From the NCBI GenBank assembly GCA_024403365.1, contig JAKSRX010000001.1, positions 401 to 64,400 of the forward strand: a stretch of 64,000 nt of DNA. Direction: 5' to 3'. Made by a program: the position numbers and the translations under genes. This document shows, piece after piece, positions 30,459 through 39,805 of this stretch. The notes beneath the pieces are model-generated. The model ran no database searches. It was not told the origin of the DNA and saw only the letters and a list, made by a program, of their open reading frames with translations. Source of the stretch: Acetatifactor sp. Lineage in GTDB: Bacteria > Bacillota > Clostridia > Lachnospirales > Lachnospiraceae. Numbering within the stretch: position 1 is the first letter of the stretch; each line of letters starts with the position of its first letter.

Positions 30459-31667
30459 TTATTCTTCCGCGTCAATGATATGTATCACATCCTGCAAAAC
30501 ATAGTGAAACGCAGGCGCAGATAATGTTGCATTCTCTTTGAATTCTGTCTGCAGGTTGTAGGTATCCGCAGGATCAAAAGGATCCACGCCTACATAATCG
30601 CCGGCGAAAACAGAGATGGTACCTTTTCTGAAGTCCTCGATACATTTGTTGATCTCTTCCTGTGTTCCGGAGGCTGCAATGATGGTATTCAACTCGGTCA
30701 TCTCTACCCAATCCTGCACGAAGCCCGCTCCGGCATCGGTACCATTGATCTTCACACCATTCGTAAACACAGACTCGATATTCTTACCCTTGAGTACGGC
30801 GCCGACTACCGCTGTCATATAAGGTTCCCAGTTGATCCTGCAGCCAACAAGGGAAGAGGTAGGCGCTACGCCAACCATGCTCTGATTGTAGCTGATATTA
30901 TAGACCGGATGATCTTCTTTCGCTCTTTCACAAGCAACTGCGGGACCGGCGGTATCGGAATGCTGACCGATGATGATACAACCTTCCTCGATCAGCTGCT
31001 CTGCATATTTCTTCTCCGTCATGTAATCGCTCCAGGAGTTGGTGTACATGACATCCATGGTAGCTGAGGGACAGTAATTTTTCGCTCCCAGGAAAAATGC
31101 GGTATAACCGGAAATAACTTCTGCATATGGGAATGCTGCCACATAGCCAAGTTTGGCTTCCTCTGCGGTGATGATACCCTCGTCGATCATTTCCTGCAGT
31201 TTCATACCCGCAACCACACCGGTAATATATCTGCCTTCATAAATATGTCCCATAAAGGTATGATAGTTGGGGATCTTTCTGGCCTCGGCATCCAGTACAC
31301 CCGTCGCATGGCAGAACCGGATCTCCGGATGCGCCTTCGCGGCTTCCTTCATGCTTTCTCCGTAACCAAAGCTCGCGCCGAAGATGATATCGCACTTTTC
31401 ATTGATCAGTTCCTGGATCGCCTCATCCTCACTGCCTTCGGCGATATTATATTTCGCAATGTTGATCACATTGTCGCCATAGATCTCCTCGATCGCCAGC
31501 TGTGCCTTGATATAGTTCTTGGTATAAGCAGTACTGGCATCTCCTACGTAAATATATCCGACTCTGATGACCTTTTCCTCATGATCGTCACCATACCGGT
31601 TCAGAAGAAAGAAGAACGCTATGATACAAACTGCACTAAGGGCGCAAACTAAATAGTTTTTTCTCAT
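30459..31667 (-). CDS. BMP/PnrA-family (purine nucleoside-type) substrate-binding protein with N-terminal membrane anchor
   Basis: VGYIYVG, CDIIFGASFGY, IYEGRYITGVVAG, GYVAAFPYAEV, IGQHSDT. Confidence 0.85.
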   Translation of the reverse strand: MRKNYLVCALSAVCIIAFFFLLNRYGDDHEEKVIRVGYIYVGDASTAYTKNYIKAQLAIEEIYGDNVINIAKYNIAEGSEDEAIQELINEKCDIIFGASFGYGESMKEAAKAHPEIRFCHATGVLDAEARKIPNYHTFMGHIYEGRYITGVVAGMKLQEMIDEGIITAEEAKLGYVAAFPYAEVISGYTAFFLGAKNYCPSATMDVMYTNSWSDYMTEKKYAEQLIEEGCIIIGQHSDTAGPAVACERAKEDHPVYNISYNQSMVGVAPTSSLVGCRINWEPYMTAVVGAVLKGKNIESVFTNGVKINGTDAGAGFVQDWVEMTELNTIIAASGTQEEINKCIEDFRKGTISVFAGDYVGVDPFDPADTYNLQTEFKENATLSAPAFHYVLQDVIHIIDAEE

Positions 31668-34600
31668 GCCTGCTCTCCTTTGTTCTCTCCGTAGATCTCA
31701 GCCTCGCTGATCTTGCCTTCCGCAATCAGTTCCAGGAAAATATCTACCATTTTAGGGTCAAACTGTGTGCCTCTACCCTTACGGATCTCCGCAAGTACCA
31801 CATCAAAAGGAAGCTTCTTACGGTATACACGGTTCGCGGTCATGGCGTCAAAAGCATCGGAGATACCGATGATCCTTGCATACTCGGGAATCTCCTCCCC
31901 TTTCAGCCCCATCATATAACCACGTCCGTCGTATCTCTCATGATGGTACATCGCACCTTCCTGTACATGGGGGATCAGGGAGAAATCCTTTAAGATCTCA
32001 CCACCCTTGATTACATGGGTCTTCATGGTGGCGTATTCGTCATCATCCAGAGCTGCTGCCTTGTTCAGCACATTATCGGGGATACCGATCTTACCGATAT
32101 CATGAAGCAGTGCTGCTTTTCGCAGGTTCTCACATTCCTCTTCGCTGTATCCCAACTTCTGTGCGATCAATACCGAATACTGTGAAACTCTGGTAGAGTG
32201 CTGACTGGTATTGGAATCCTTGGCGTCCACAGTCTTCGCGATGGCCATAATGGTTTCATTGCCCATGTTCAGCTGTTCTCTTACCAGTGCGATCTCACGC
32301 TTCTGCAGATCAATGGTTCTCTGAACGAACAGTCTTACCAAGAACCAGGTAAACCAGGAAACAATGAAAAGCAATTCTACAAAAAAGAATACCTTGAACC
32401 ACCACTTATCATAGAGCTGTGCTTCCTTGATAAAGTAGTAGACCTGCTCCTCTACCACCTTCTGGTTGTTATCGATGATCGCCAGATGGAAGGCATAGGT
32501 ACCGGATTTCAAATTATTATAATAAATAGGTGCCAGTTCGCTCTGTCTGATCACGACCTTTTCGTCATCCACGCCTTCCAGGTAATAACTCAGGTAAGGA
32601 TCGTCGGTGGAATAGTTTACGACCTCCGGGATAAATTCTATATGCCCTACATTGCTGGCAATATTGATATTTCTGTCATCCCCCAGAATATGCACTGTAT
32701 TATCCAAAGTAACGGATTTTACCAACATTCGATAAGCACGCTTTTCCGTCTGGTAATTGCGGATATTCATTTCGGTGACACCCGCATTTCCTGCAATATA
32801 CCAGAAGCCATTCTCATCCATATAATTCCATGCGTTTGCGGTAAAAGTGCCTCGCAGACCGTTCAGATAATTCAGAAGTTCCGAATCGACCTTTTCCCCT
32901 GCCAACAACTTCTCTTTGCTGACAACATAAATACCGGCACTGCCTGTAACAAACAATTTGCCCTCGCCGTCATCATACAGATCATAGTTATTGCTGTAAG
33001 GGAACTGACTCAGTTTCTGAATGGTTCCGTCTGCATCCATATAGCAGATACCATTGGAAGTGATAACGAATACGCCTGCGCCGGACTTATCCTGAACCAT
33101 TCTCAGGATAACGCCTGATCCAAGGCCGTCCTCTCTGGTCAGCATCTTTGCGATCTTTTCAGACTGAATGACCGCAATACCGCCGCCGTCTGTACCTGCA
33201 AGAACCGTTCCATCCTCCTTCTGCAAGAGGCAGAGCACCAAAGTGTTGGTAAGTCCATCCTTGGCACCGATGGTAGCAACTACTTTACCGTTTTCGATAA
33301 AGGAAATACCTGCATCGGAAGCCACCGCGATCTTACCATCCTTCATTTCCATGCTGTATCTGAACTTACTGCCCAGAACACCGGTCTCACTGTTATACTT
33401 AGTTATGGTCCCATCCCCTTCGCAGCACAGAACGCCGTTGGAATACGCGCAGATCCACAGACGATTCTTAGAATCTACCGACACGCTTCGGATACGGTCA
33501 TCGGTAAGCAGATCTGTCAGCTCATTGGTAATGACTTTTCCTGCTTTTTCATTCAGGATATCCAGGCCCTTATCTGTACCGAAGTACAGCTTACCGTTCC
33601 ATTTTGCTACCGCATTTACAACATTTTCACTCAGGTTGTACTTGTTATAGAGCTCTACAAAAGCAGAGTCACACATCTTCATAACACCGAGACGGGATGA
33701 GCTAAACCACAGATTGCCCTGATAGTCCACGGTAACGCTATCCACGGAACTCTTAAAGGAACCGCTGTTTAACATTTTGAAAGTACCGTCTGGGGTGATA
33801 AATGCAATACCGTTATCCGCGCAGATAAACACGTCACCGGACTCCAGATAATTCACGGAATTCATGGTGGTAAGGGTACCGCAATCTTTTGTTTCACGAA
33901 GTAGTACCTTCTGATCGCTGATGGTATAAACAAACAGTTTTCCGGCATCCGTACCCACATACAGCATTCCGTTTTCCGTAAATTCACAGCAGGTGAACTG
34001 CATATCTCTGCCGGATGCAGTCAGTTTGCTGATCACTTCCTCACCCTCGATCACATACAACTCACCGGAAGAAGTCACCGCAGCCACATGATTCTTGGTA
34101 TCTGCTGCCAGACTCTGCGCATATACGATCTCCGGAAAAGTCTTTTTCAGTTTCATACCACCGGAAAGACGTACGATCGCAAGGCTGGAACTGGTACCTA
34201 CGAAATAATTACCGTCAGACTGCTGCACAACACTTCTGACAGAGTTAGAGGGAAGTCCGCTGGTCTCGTTCAGGGTGTTTACGATCTCTTCTTCGATGCA
34301 CACAGACAATCCGTCATCATTGGTACCGATCCACAATCTGCCCTCCGCATCTACGTAGAGGCAGTTTACATTCTTAACAGACTCGAACCCGTTCATGTAC
34401 TCGAAATTCATTCCGGAATAACGATACAATCCCGCATAAGTTCCGATCCAAAGTACACCATCATCCGTGGCAACGATGTCATTTGCCTCGCCGCTCAACA
34501 AGCCTTTGTCGCTGCCGTATACTGTCTGAATATAAGACTCATAATCTATGGTAGCCGCCTTGGCCTCCATAGGCTGCATCATAAGTCCTGCTGCAAGCAC

Positions 34601-35185
34601 AAACGCAAGCACTATACCTGCAGTCTTCACTCCAGACCCGGACTTTTTATTCAGTTTTCTCCAGATGGTGATCATCCAGAAAAGCAGCAGCAAGGTCAGC
34701 AGCTTATCCAGGAAATCCAGGAAGAACTCCGCGATAACAGCGGAAAACACCCATGGCATCTCCCAGTTTACGAGCATATGATAGATACCATCGCCCCAGA
34801 CATTGCCGGTGAGGCCATGATAGAAAATACAGTTGATGGGCGCAGAAATCACTGTTGCCACGATAGTAGCCAATGAGCAGGTCGTTACCACACTGTAGTA
34901 TTTTTCCATCATCTTACGCTTCGCGCACAGACCGATGGTGATACCTACCGCAGCGTTGGTGATGGCATAGATGAATGACATAGGGTCCATAAATCCATAG
35001 ATTATATTGACCGATGCACCCACGATGGCGCCGCATACTGGTCCCATCATGTATGCCGCTATCGCTGTGCCCACAGAATCCAACCACAAGGGTGCAGGGA
35101 TCTGGGAGGTCAGGTATTTTCCGAAATAGTTGATCAGAATACACCAAATCGTCCATATACAAACCTGGTAACTTTTCTTTGCCAT
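31664..35185 (-). CDS. Membrane sensor phosphodiesterase: ECF S-component-like domain + beta-propeller repeats + Y_Y_Y + TM + HD-GYP
   Basis: PLWLDSVGTAIAAYMMGPVCGAIVG; repeats such as GLPSNSVRSV and DGVLWIGT; YYLEG..YNNLKSGTY; HSTRV, LLHDIGKIGIPD, HHERYDGRGY, DAFDAMT, GTQFDP. ATG 35185 preferred over GTG 35197. Confidence 0.85.
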   Translation of the reverse strand: MAKKSYQVCIWTIWCILINYFGKYLTSQIPAPLWLDSVGTAIAAYMMGPVCGAIVGASVNIIYGFMDPMSFIYAITNAAVGITIGLCAKRKMMEKYYSVVTTCSLATIVATVISAPINCIFYHGLTGNVWGDGIYHMLVNWEMPWVFSAVIAEFFLDFLDKLLTLLLLFWMITIWRKLNKKSGSGVKTAGIVLAFVLAAGLMMQPMEAKAATIDYESYIQTVYGSDKGLLSGEANDIVATDDGVLWIGTYAGLYRYSGMNFEYMNGFESVKNVNCLYVDAEGRLWIGTNDDGLSVCIEEEIVNTLNETSGLPSNSVRSVVQQSDGNYFVGTSSSLAIVRLSGGMKLKKTFPEIVYAQSLAADTKNHVAAVTSSGELYVIEGEEVISKLTASGRDMQFTCCEFTENGMLYVGTDAGKLFVYTISDQKVLLRETKDCGTLTTMNSVNYLESGDVFICADNGIAFITPDGTFKMLNSGSFKSSVDSVTVDYQGNLWFSSSRLGVMKMCDSAFVELYNKYNLSENVVNAVAKWNGKLYFGTDKGLDILNEKAGKVITNELTDLLTDDRIRSVSVDSKNRLWICAYSNGVLCCEGDGTITKYNSETGVLGSKFRYSMEMKDGKIAVASDAGISFIENGKVVATIGAKDGLTNTLVLCLLQKEDGTVLAGTDGGGIAVIQSEKIAKMLTREDGLGSGVILRMVQDKSGAGVFVITSNGICYMDADGTIQKLSQFPYSNNYDLYDDGEGKLFVTGSAGIYVVSKEKLLAGEKVDSELLNYLNGLRGTFTANAWNYMDENGFWYIAGNAGVTEMNIRNYQTEKRAYRMLVKSVTLDNTVHILGDDRNINIASNVGHIEFIPEVVNYSTDDPYLSYYLEGVDDEKVVIRQSELAPIYYNNLKSGTYAFHLAIIDNNQKVVEEQVYYFIKEAQLYDKWWFKVFFFVELLFIVSWFTWFLVRLFVQRTIDLQKREIALVREQLNMGNETIMAIAKTVDAKDSNTSQHSTRVSQYSVLIAQKLGYSEEECENLRKAALLHDIGKIGIPDNVLNKAAALDDDEYATMKTHVIKGGEILKDFSLIPHVQEGAMYHHERYDGRGYMMGLKGEEIPEYARIIGISDAFDAMTANRVYRKKLPFDVVLAEIRKGRGTQFDPKMVDIFLELIAEGKISEAEIYGENKGEQA

Positions 35186-35229
35186 TCTTGTCCTCACTTT
35201 CTATGAAGCATGTCACATCGGTAGTACGT

Positions 35230-36252
35230 TTAGTGTTCCTTTAGAAGCTTCTCCGCAATTCTCACAGCGCCTGATCCGTCGACCATCTTCTGCATCCGCG
35301 CACTGATCTCCCTGCGGTAGATCGCGTCCTCCAGCTTCAACAGTTCTTCTACCGTCCGGTTCAGGAATCCCTCCATGTCCTCCCGAACATCTCCCGCCCA
35401 GGGCAGGATCCCCAGTCTGCCGGCGCTTCTCGCATTGTCAAACTGGTTGTCGGCCAGGGTATATACCACTCCGGGAAGTCCGCAGGCACAGATCTCATAG
35501 GTGGTGGTTCCGCCTGCCAGCACAGCCGCATCGCAGGCACACATATACTCCATCATGTTGGGGATGTTCACCAGAATATGAACCCGTTCATTTCCGGCAT
35601 ATTTGACAAGCAGTTCCTCCTTTGCGGCATGGAACCGTCCCAACACGCAGAATAGTTCACACTCGTCAAATTCCTTCTCCGCCGTAAGCCTCGCAAGCAA
35701 TTTCTCCGCCACCCCGTAAGCATCGGTGCCGCCGGTGGTGATGAGGATCTTTCGAAGTGCTCCGAACCCTCTCTCCGGAATATTGCTGAATTCCGGGCGA
35801 AGGGGAGCATATTCGGTTCCCAAAAGATACTCTGTTTCCCCCGCGGGATATGTGGTCTCCGGGCCGTAGAAATTATAATTGATCACTCTCTGTACAGGAT
35901 AGGGGAAACGATTCAGATCATCCAGATAAGTCACCTCTGCGACTTCCGACAATCTTCGCAAATAGTTTTCCGTCACATAGTAGGAGTCCACCAGCAGAGA
36001 ACGAATGCCACGCTCTTCGATCAAGCTCAGGAAAGCATCCAGTTCCGAGTCAAGCGCATCCCATCGGCTTCCCAGAACCAGGGCCTCATATCCGCGCGCC
36101 GTCACCATAGGCACAGCCTTCTCATCCGCTGTGACAAATACCACGTCACCGCCGATCTCTCGAACCTGATCTGCGATGGAAAGACATCGCATCACATGAC
36201 CGGTACCCACTATTTCATTTGCATCTGCTCTGATAAAAAGTGTCTCACTCAT
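35230..36252 (-). CDS. pseG: PseG/SpsG-family UDP-sugar hydrolase (GT28-like fold)
   Basis: IRADAN..VGTGHVMRCLSIA, VDSY, YAPLRPEF, TTGGTD, AGGTTTYE, ADNQ. Confidence 0.8.
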   Translation of the reverse strand: MSETLFIRADANEIVGTGHVMRCLSIADQVREIGGDVVFVTADEKAVPMVTARGYEALVLGSRWDALDSELDAFLSLIEERGIRSLLVDSYYVTENYLRRLSEVAEVTYLDDLNRFPYPVQRVINYNFYGPETTYPAGETEYLLGTEYAPLRPEFSNIPERGFGALRKILITTGGTDAYGVAEKLLARLTAEKEFDECELFCVLGRFHAAKEELLVKYAGNERVHILVNIPNMMEYMCACDAAVLAGGTTTYEICACGLPGVVYTLADNQFDNARSAGRLGILPWAGDVREDMEGFLNRTVEELLKLEDAIYRREISARMQKMVDGSGAVRIAEKLLKEH

Positions 36253-36267
36253 ATCCGCCTCACCTGC

Positions 36268-36294
36268 AAAAACAGCCCGGCCAAAACCGGGCTG
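36268..36294 (-). terminator. Intrinsic terminator after ctpA
   Basis: CAGCCCGG/CCGGGCTG stem with U5 on the minus strand. Confidence 0.65.
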
Positions 36295-36298
36295 ACGT

Positions 36299-37594
36299 TT
36301 ACTTTATCTTCTCCAAAAGCACTTCCTTGGCCTTCTCCAACTGATTGTCGTAGTGGTCCTCGGTGTCATAATATGCTTCGCTGTCAAACTTGCACTCCAC
36401 ATCAGGCTCAATACCGATACCATGGATGTTTTTACCACTGGGAGTATAGTACGCGCTGATGGTGATCTTCACTGCAGAACCATCTCTGAAAGGAACGATC
36501 TGCTGTACGATTCCCTTACCGAAGGTAGTGGTTCCTACCAGAGTACCGATGCCGTGGTCCTTGATGGCGCCGGACATGATCTCTGCCGCGCTGGCGGAGT
36601 TGCCGTCGATCAGTACCACCAGAGGCAGATCCAACTGTCTCTTGCCGTCGCACTTGTACTCGGTGCGCTTCTCGTTTTTATCAATGGTATATACGATCAT
36701 TCCCTCGGGAAGGATCATTCTGCACATAGCAACAACGGTGCTCAAGTTACCGCCGGGATTGCCGCGAAGATCCAGGATGATACCCTTGGCATCAGAACCC
36801 TTGGCCATAGCCAGAGCCTCGGCAAACTGGTCCTCGGTGACATCGTCGAACTCGGTCACCTGAATGTAAGCGATGCCGTCTTCCTTCATCTCAAACTCTA
36901 CGGTGGGAGACTCCACTTTACGTCTGATCAGGGTCACTTCCAGGTAATCATGCTCGCCGTCGCGGATCAATTTCAGTTCCACGGGAGTTCCCTCCGGTCC
37001 TTTGATCAGTTTCACGGTCTCGGTCAGGGTCAGTCCCTGAGTACTCTCGCCGTTTACCTCATAGATGATATCCTCCGGGCGAAGATCTGCTTCCTCCGCA
37101 GGGGAATTGGCGATGATGCCGCTGACCTTGGGAAGACCCGTGATGGAATCAAGACTGACATAAGCGCCGATTCCGTAGTAGATGCCTTCCGTGCCATCCA
37201 TCATCTCATTCAGTTCGTCTTCTGTATAGTATTCGGTATAAGGGTCGTTCAGTGCATCCATCATGCCCTTGAAAATACCCTCTCTCAGATCCTCGTTATC
37301 CACTCGGTCCAGATAGAAATACTTGTCGATGGTAGATTCCAAAGCATTGATCTTAGCGATGGTAGCGGAATCCGCCACCTTGCCGTTAGATGCGGTCTGG
37401 GTCTCTTTCTTACTGTCGATCATCTGCTGTGCTTTCACACCGCTCACATAGACACCACCGACAGCCACTGTCAAAAGGATACCCACGAACAAACCGATCA
37501 CAAAGGGCAGTTTGTTTGCACTTTTATCGGGCCCGGTCTGGTTCCCCGTTGGCATATTGTCTGTATGATTAAAATACTGGTTGTCTTCAGCCAT
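36299..37594 (-). CDS. ctpA: S41 C-terminal processing peptidase with PDZ domain
   Basis: DPYTEY, GIGA, DLRGNPGG, SASAAE, TFGKG, GIEPD. Confidence 0.93.
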   Translation of the reverse strand: MAEDNQYFNHTDNMPTGNQTGPDKSANKLPFVIGLFVGILLTVAVGGVYVSGVKAQQMIDSKKETQTASNGKVADSATIAKINALESTIDKYFYLDRVDNEDLREGIFKGMMDALNDPYTEYYTEDELNEMMDGTEGIYYGIGAYVSLDSITGLPKVSGIIANSPAEEADLRPEDIIYEVNGESTQGLTLTETVKLIKGPEGTPVELKLIRDGEHDYLEVTLIRRKVESPTVEFEMKEDGIAYIQVTEFDDVTEDQFAEALAMAKGSDAKGIILDLRGNPGGNLSTVVAMCRMILPEGMIVYTIDKNEKRTEYKCDGKRQLDLPLVVLIDGNSASAAEIMSGAIKDHGIGTLVGTTTFGKGIVQQIVPFRDGSAVKITISAYYTPSGKNIHGIGIEPDVECKFDSEAYYDTEDHYDNQLEKAKEVLLEKIK

Positions 37595-37624
37595 TCAAAA
37601 ACAACGCTCCTTTTTCTTTCACTT

Positions 37625-38863
37625 TTACTTCTTCGTAATGTAATTCCAGGGATTCTGATACTCACCGTTCTTACGTACGCTGAAGTGCAGATGGTTACCG
37701 GTAGAACGTCCGGTACTTCCCACCTTTGCAATGGTCTCGCCGCGAACAACGATATCATCCTTCTTCACGTTCAGGGAAGAAGCATGCATGTAGATGGTAT
37801 AAAGTCCGCTGCCGTGGTCCAGCATGATATAGTTACCCATGGTAGTGCTGTAATCAGCCGCAACTACCACGCCGTCATATGCTGCATAGATAGCGGTTCC
37901 CTTGGGAGAAGCAAAGTCGATACCGTTGTGGAACTGCTTCACCTTCAGGGTAGGATGGATTCTGTCGCCGTAATCGTCGGATACTCTGGTGTAGGATTCC
38001 AGAGGGAAGGTAAACTTACCGCCGTCGTAGGAAAGTACTACGCCGCTGGCTGCCAGGATCTTCTTTTTCTCCTGGGCGATCAAAGTCTCTAAGGCCTTGA
38101 TCTCTTCTTCCTGAGCTCTGATCTCCGCCTGATACTCGCGGATCGCCTTCTCCTGGTTATTGATATCTGCTTCGTACTTAGTTATCTCCGCAGTTTTCTC
38201 ATTTATGAGTTCTTCCAGTGCTTTCTGTTCACTCTCAAGACCGGCTTTGGATTCATCCAGGATCTCTCGCTCCACTTCCAGTTCCTCTTCGCAGAGCTCC
38301 ACATATTTTCGAACTGTCTGATAATCATTGAAGACCTTCTGGTCATAGGAAATAACGCGTTCTACATAGTCTGCCTTGTTCAGGAAATCACCAAAGCTGA
38401 CTGCCTGACGCAGCATATCCAGCATCTCGGGATCTCCGCTCTCGTAGACCATGCGCACGCGGCGGATCATAGCGGTCTTCTGGTTGATCTCCTTGCCCTG
38501 TGCCAGTGCAAGATCCTGCTGCATCGCATCGATCTCAGTCTCCTTGACCTCGATCTTGGCTAACAGTTCAGCGATATTGCTCTCGATCACTGCCAGATTA
38601 CTATCCAGTTCCTGTATGTAATTCTTCAGATTGCTCTTCTGCTGCTCCAGATTCTGCTTCACCTTCTGCAGGTTGGTCAGACCGCTCTGCAGCTGCTTTT
38701 TCTCATCCTTCGCGTTGGCAATCTGCTTTTCCTTCTCCTTGATGCTGGTGGAAGTGATGGTGGACATGGTAAGCGCGTTCGCTTTCAGGCCCGATATACT
38801 TCCCGCAACAGCCAGGCAGACAAGGAAACATGCAATAAAACAGGTCAGTTTCTTTTTTCTCAT
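37625..38863 (-). CDS. Coiled-coil M23 peptidase (EnvC/CwlO-type FtsEX partner)
   Basis: Signal peptide, long coiled coil, HNGID and HLHF Zn ligands intact. Confidence 0.9.
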   Translation of the reverse strand: MRKKKLTCFIACFLVCLAVAGSISGLKANALTMSTITSTSIKEKEKQIANAKDEKKQLQSGLTNLQKVKQNLEQQKSNLKNYIQELDSNLAVIESNIAELLAKIEVKETEIDAMQQDLALAQGKEINQKTAMIRRVRMVYESGDPEMLDMLRQAVSFGDFLNKADYVERVISYDQKVFNDYQTVRKYVELCEEELEVEREILDESKAGLESEQKALEELINEKTAEITKYEADINNQEKAIREYQAEIRAQEEEIKALETLIAQEKKKILAASGVVLSYDGGKFTFPLESYTRVSDDYGDRIHPTLKVKQFHNGIDFASPKGTAIYAAYDGVVVAADYSTTMGNYIMLDHGSGLYTIYMHASSLNVKKDDIVVRGETIAKVGSTGRSTGNHLHFSVRKNGEYQNPWNYITKK

Positions 38864-38869
38864 AGGATC

Positions 38870-39805
38870 CTATACGTGTAAATGTTTTCTTACGGTAGTA
38901 AAGCTTCCGATGAAACCGATGCCCATGCCCAGAAGCAGGGACAGAGGAGTCAGAATACGGAAGATCTCATGAACAGAGAGGAAATTCAGGAAATTGCTGA
39001 GGATCGCAAATCTGTTCACGATATAGCTAAGTGCATAATTGTAAAGATTGTAAATAACGATCAGAGGAATGCATGCACCTACCAGACCGATGAGGATACC
39101 TTCCAACAGGAAAGGTGCTCTTACGAAGAAGTCGGTTGCACCTACATACTTCATGATGTTGATCTCGGTAGCACGCACGGAAATACCCATAGAAACGGTA
39201 TTGTGGATCAGGAATGCGCTGACTGCCAGGAGTACGATGATGATACCCATGGAAACATAAGCGATCAAGAGGTTTGCACCACTCAGGGTATCTGCTGTCA
39301 TCTCGGAGAAGTTTACCTTACGGATCTCGGGGATGGAATTCAGCCAGTCTACCAGATCGCCCTGCTTGGAGACATCGCTCAAGTAGATCTCATAGCTGTA
39401 CTCACCGGCAAGAGGGTTCTCCAGGAAGCCCTCTGCATAGCTGTCGCCGTAGTATTCTGCCGCAAAAGTAGCCCATGCTTCATCATCGGAGATGTAGATT
39501 GCCTCGGAAACTTCGCTTCTTGCGCGGATCAGGTCACCGATCTGAGCCACGCGAGCTTCATCACCCAACTGTGCCTCGGTATGGTCATCACATTTATCAT
39601 ATTCATTATGGAAGAATACGGTGACCGATACGCCCTCTTCGGCCTTGATCACGATACTCTCAAAGTTTGCAACGATACAGTAGAAAATACCCAGTAAAAA
39701 CAGGCAGGCAGCGATGGTGGCAACGGAAGCCAGTGAATACCACTTATTGCGGAAAAGATTCGCAAAACCCTGTCTTATGGTATAAAACAATGTTCTAACC
39801 TTCAT
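38870..39805 (-). CDS. ftsX: Cell division permease FtsX
   Basis: TM1, extracellular loop, EINIMKYVGAT..FVRAPF. Confidence 0.92.
   Translation of the reverse strand: MKVRTLFYTIRQGFANLFRNKWYSLASVATIAACLFLLGIFYCIVANFESIVIKAEEGVSVTVFFHNEYDKCDDHTEAQLGDEARVAQIGDLIRARSEVSEAIYISDDEAWATFAAEYYGDSYAEGFLENPLAGEYSYEIYLSDVSKQGDLVDWLNSIPEIRKVNFSEMTADTLSGANLLIAYVSMGIIIVLLAVSAFLIHNTVSMGISVRATEINIMKYVGATDFFVRAPFLLEGILIGLVGACIPLIVIYNLYNYALSYIVNRFAILSNFLNFLSVHEIFRILTPLSLLLGMGIGFIGSFTTVRKHLHV

Noticed and set aside
36353-38092. 579-aa plus-strand ORF, and similar long antisense ORFs at 59352-60881, 43377-44618, 40462-41544 and 52237-53196
   Set aside because: They mirror well-conserved minus-strand genes; codon bias makes antisense stops scarce; no RBS or motifs
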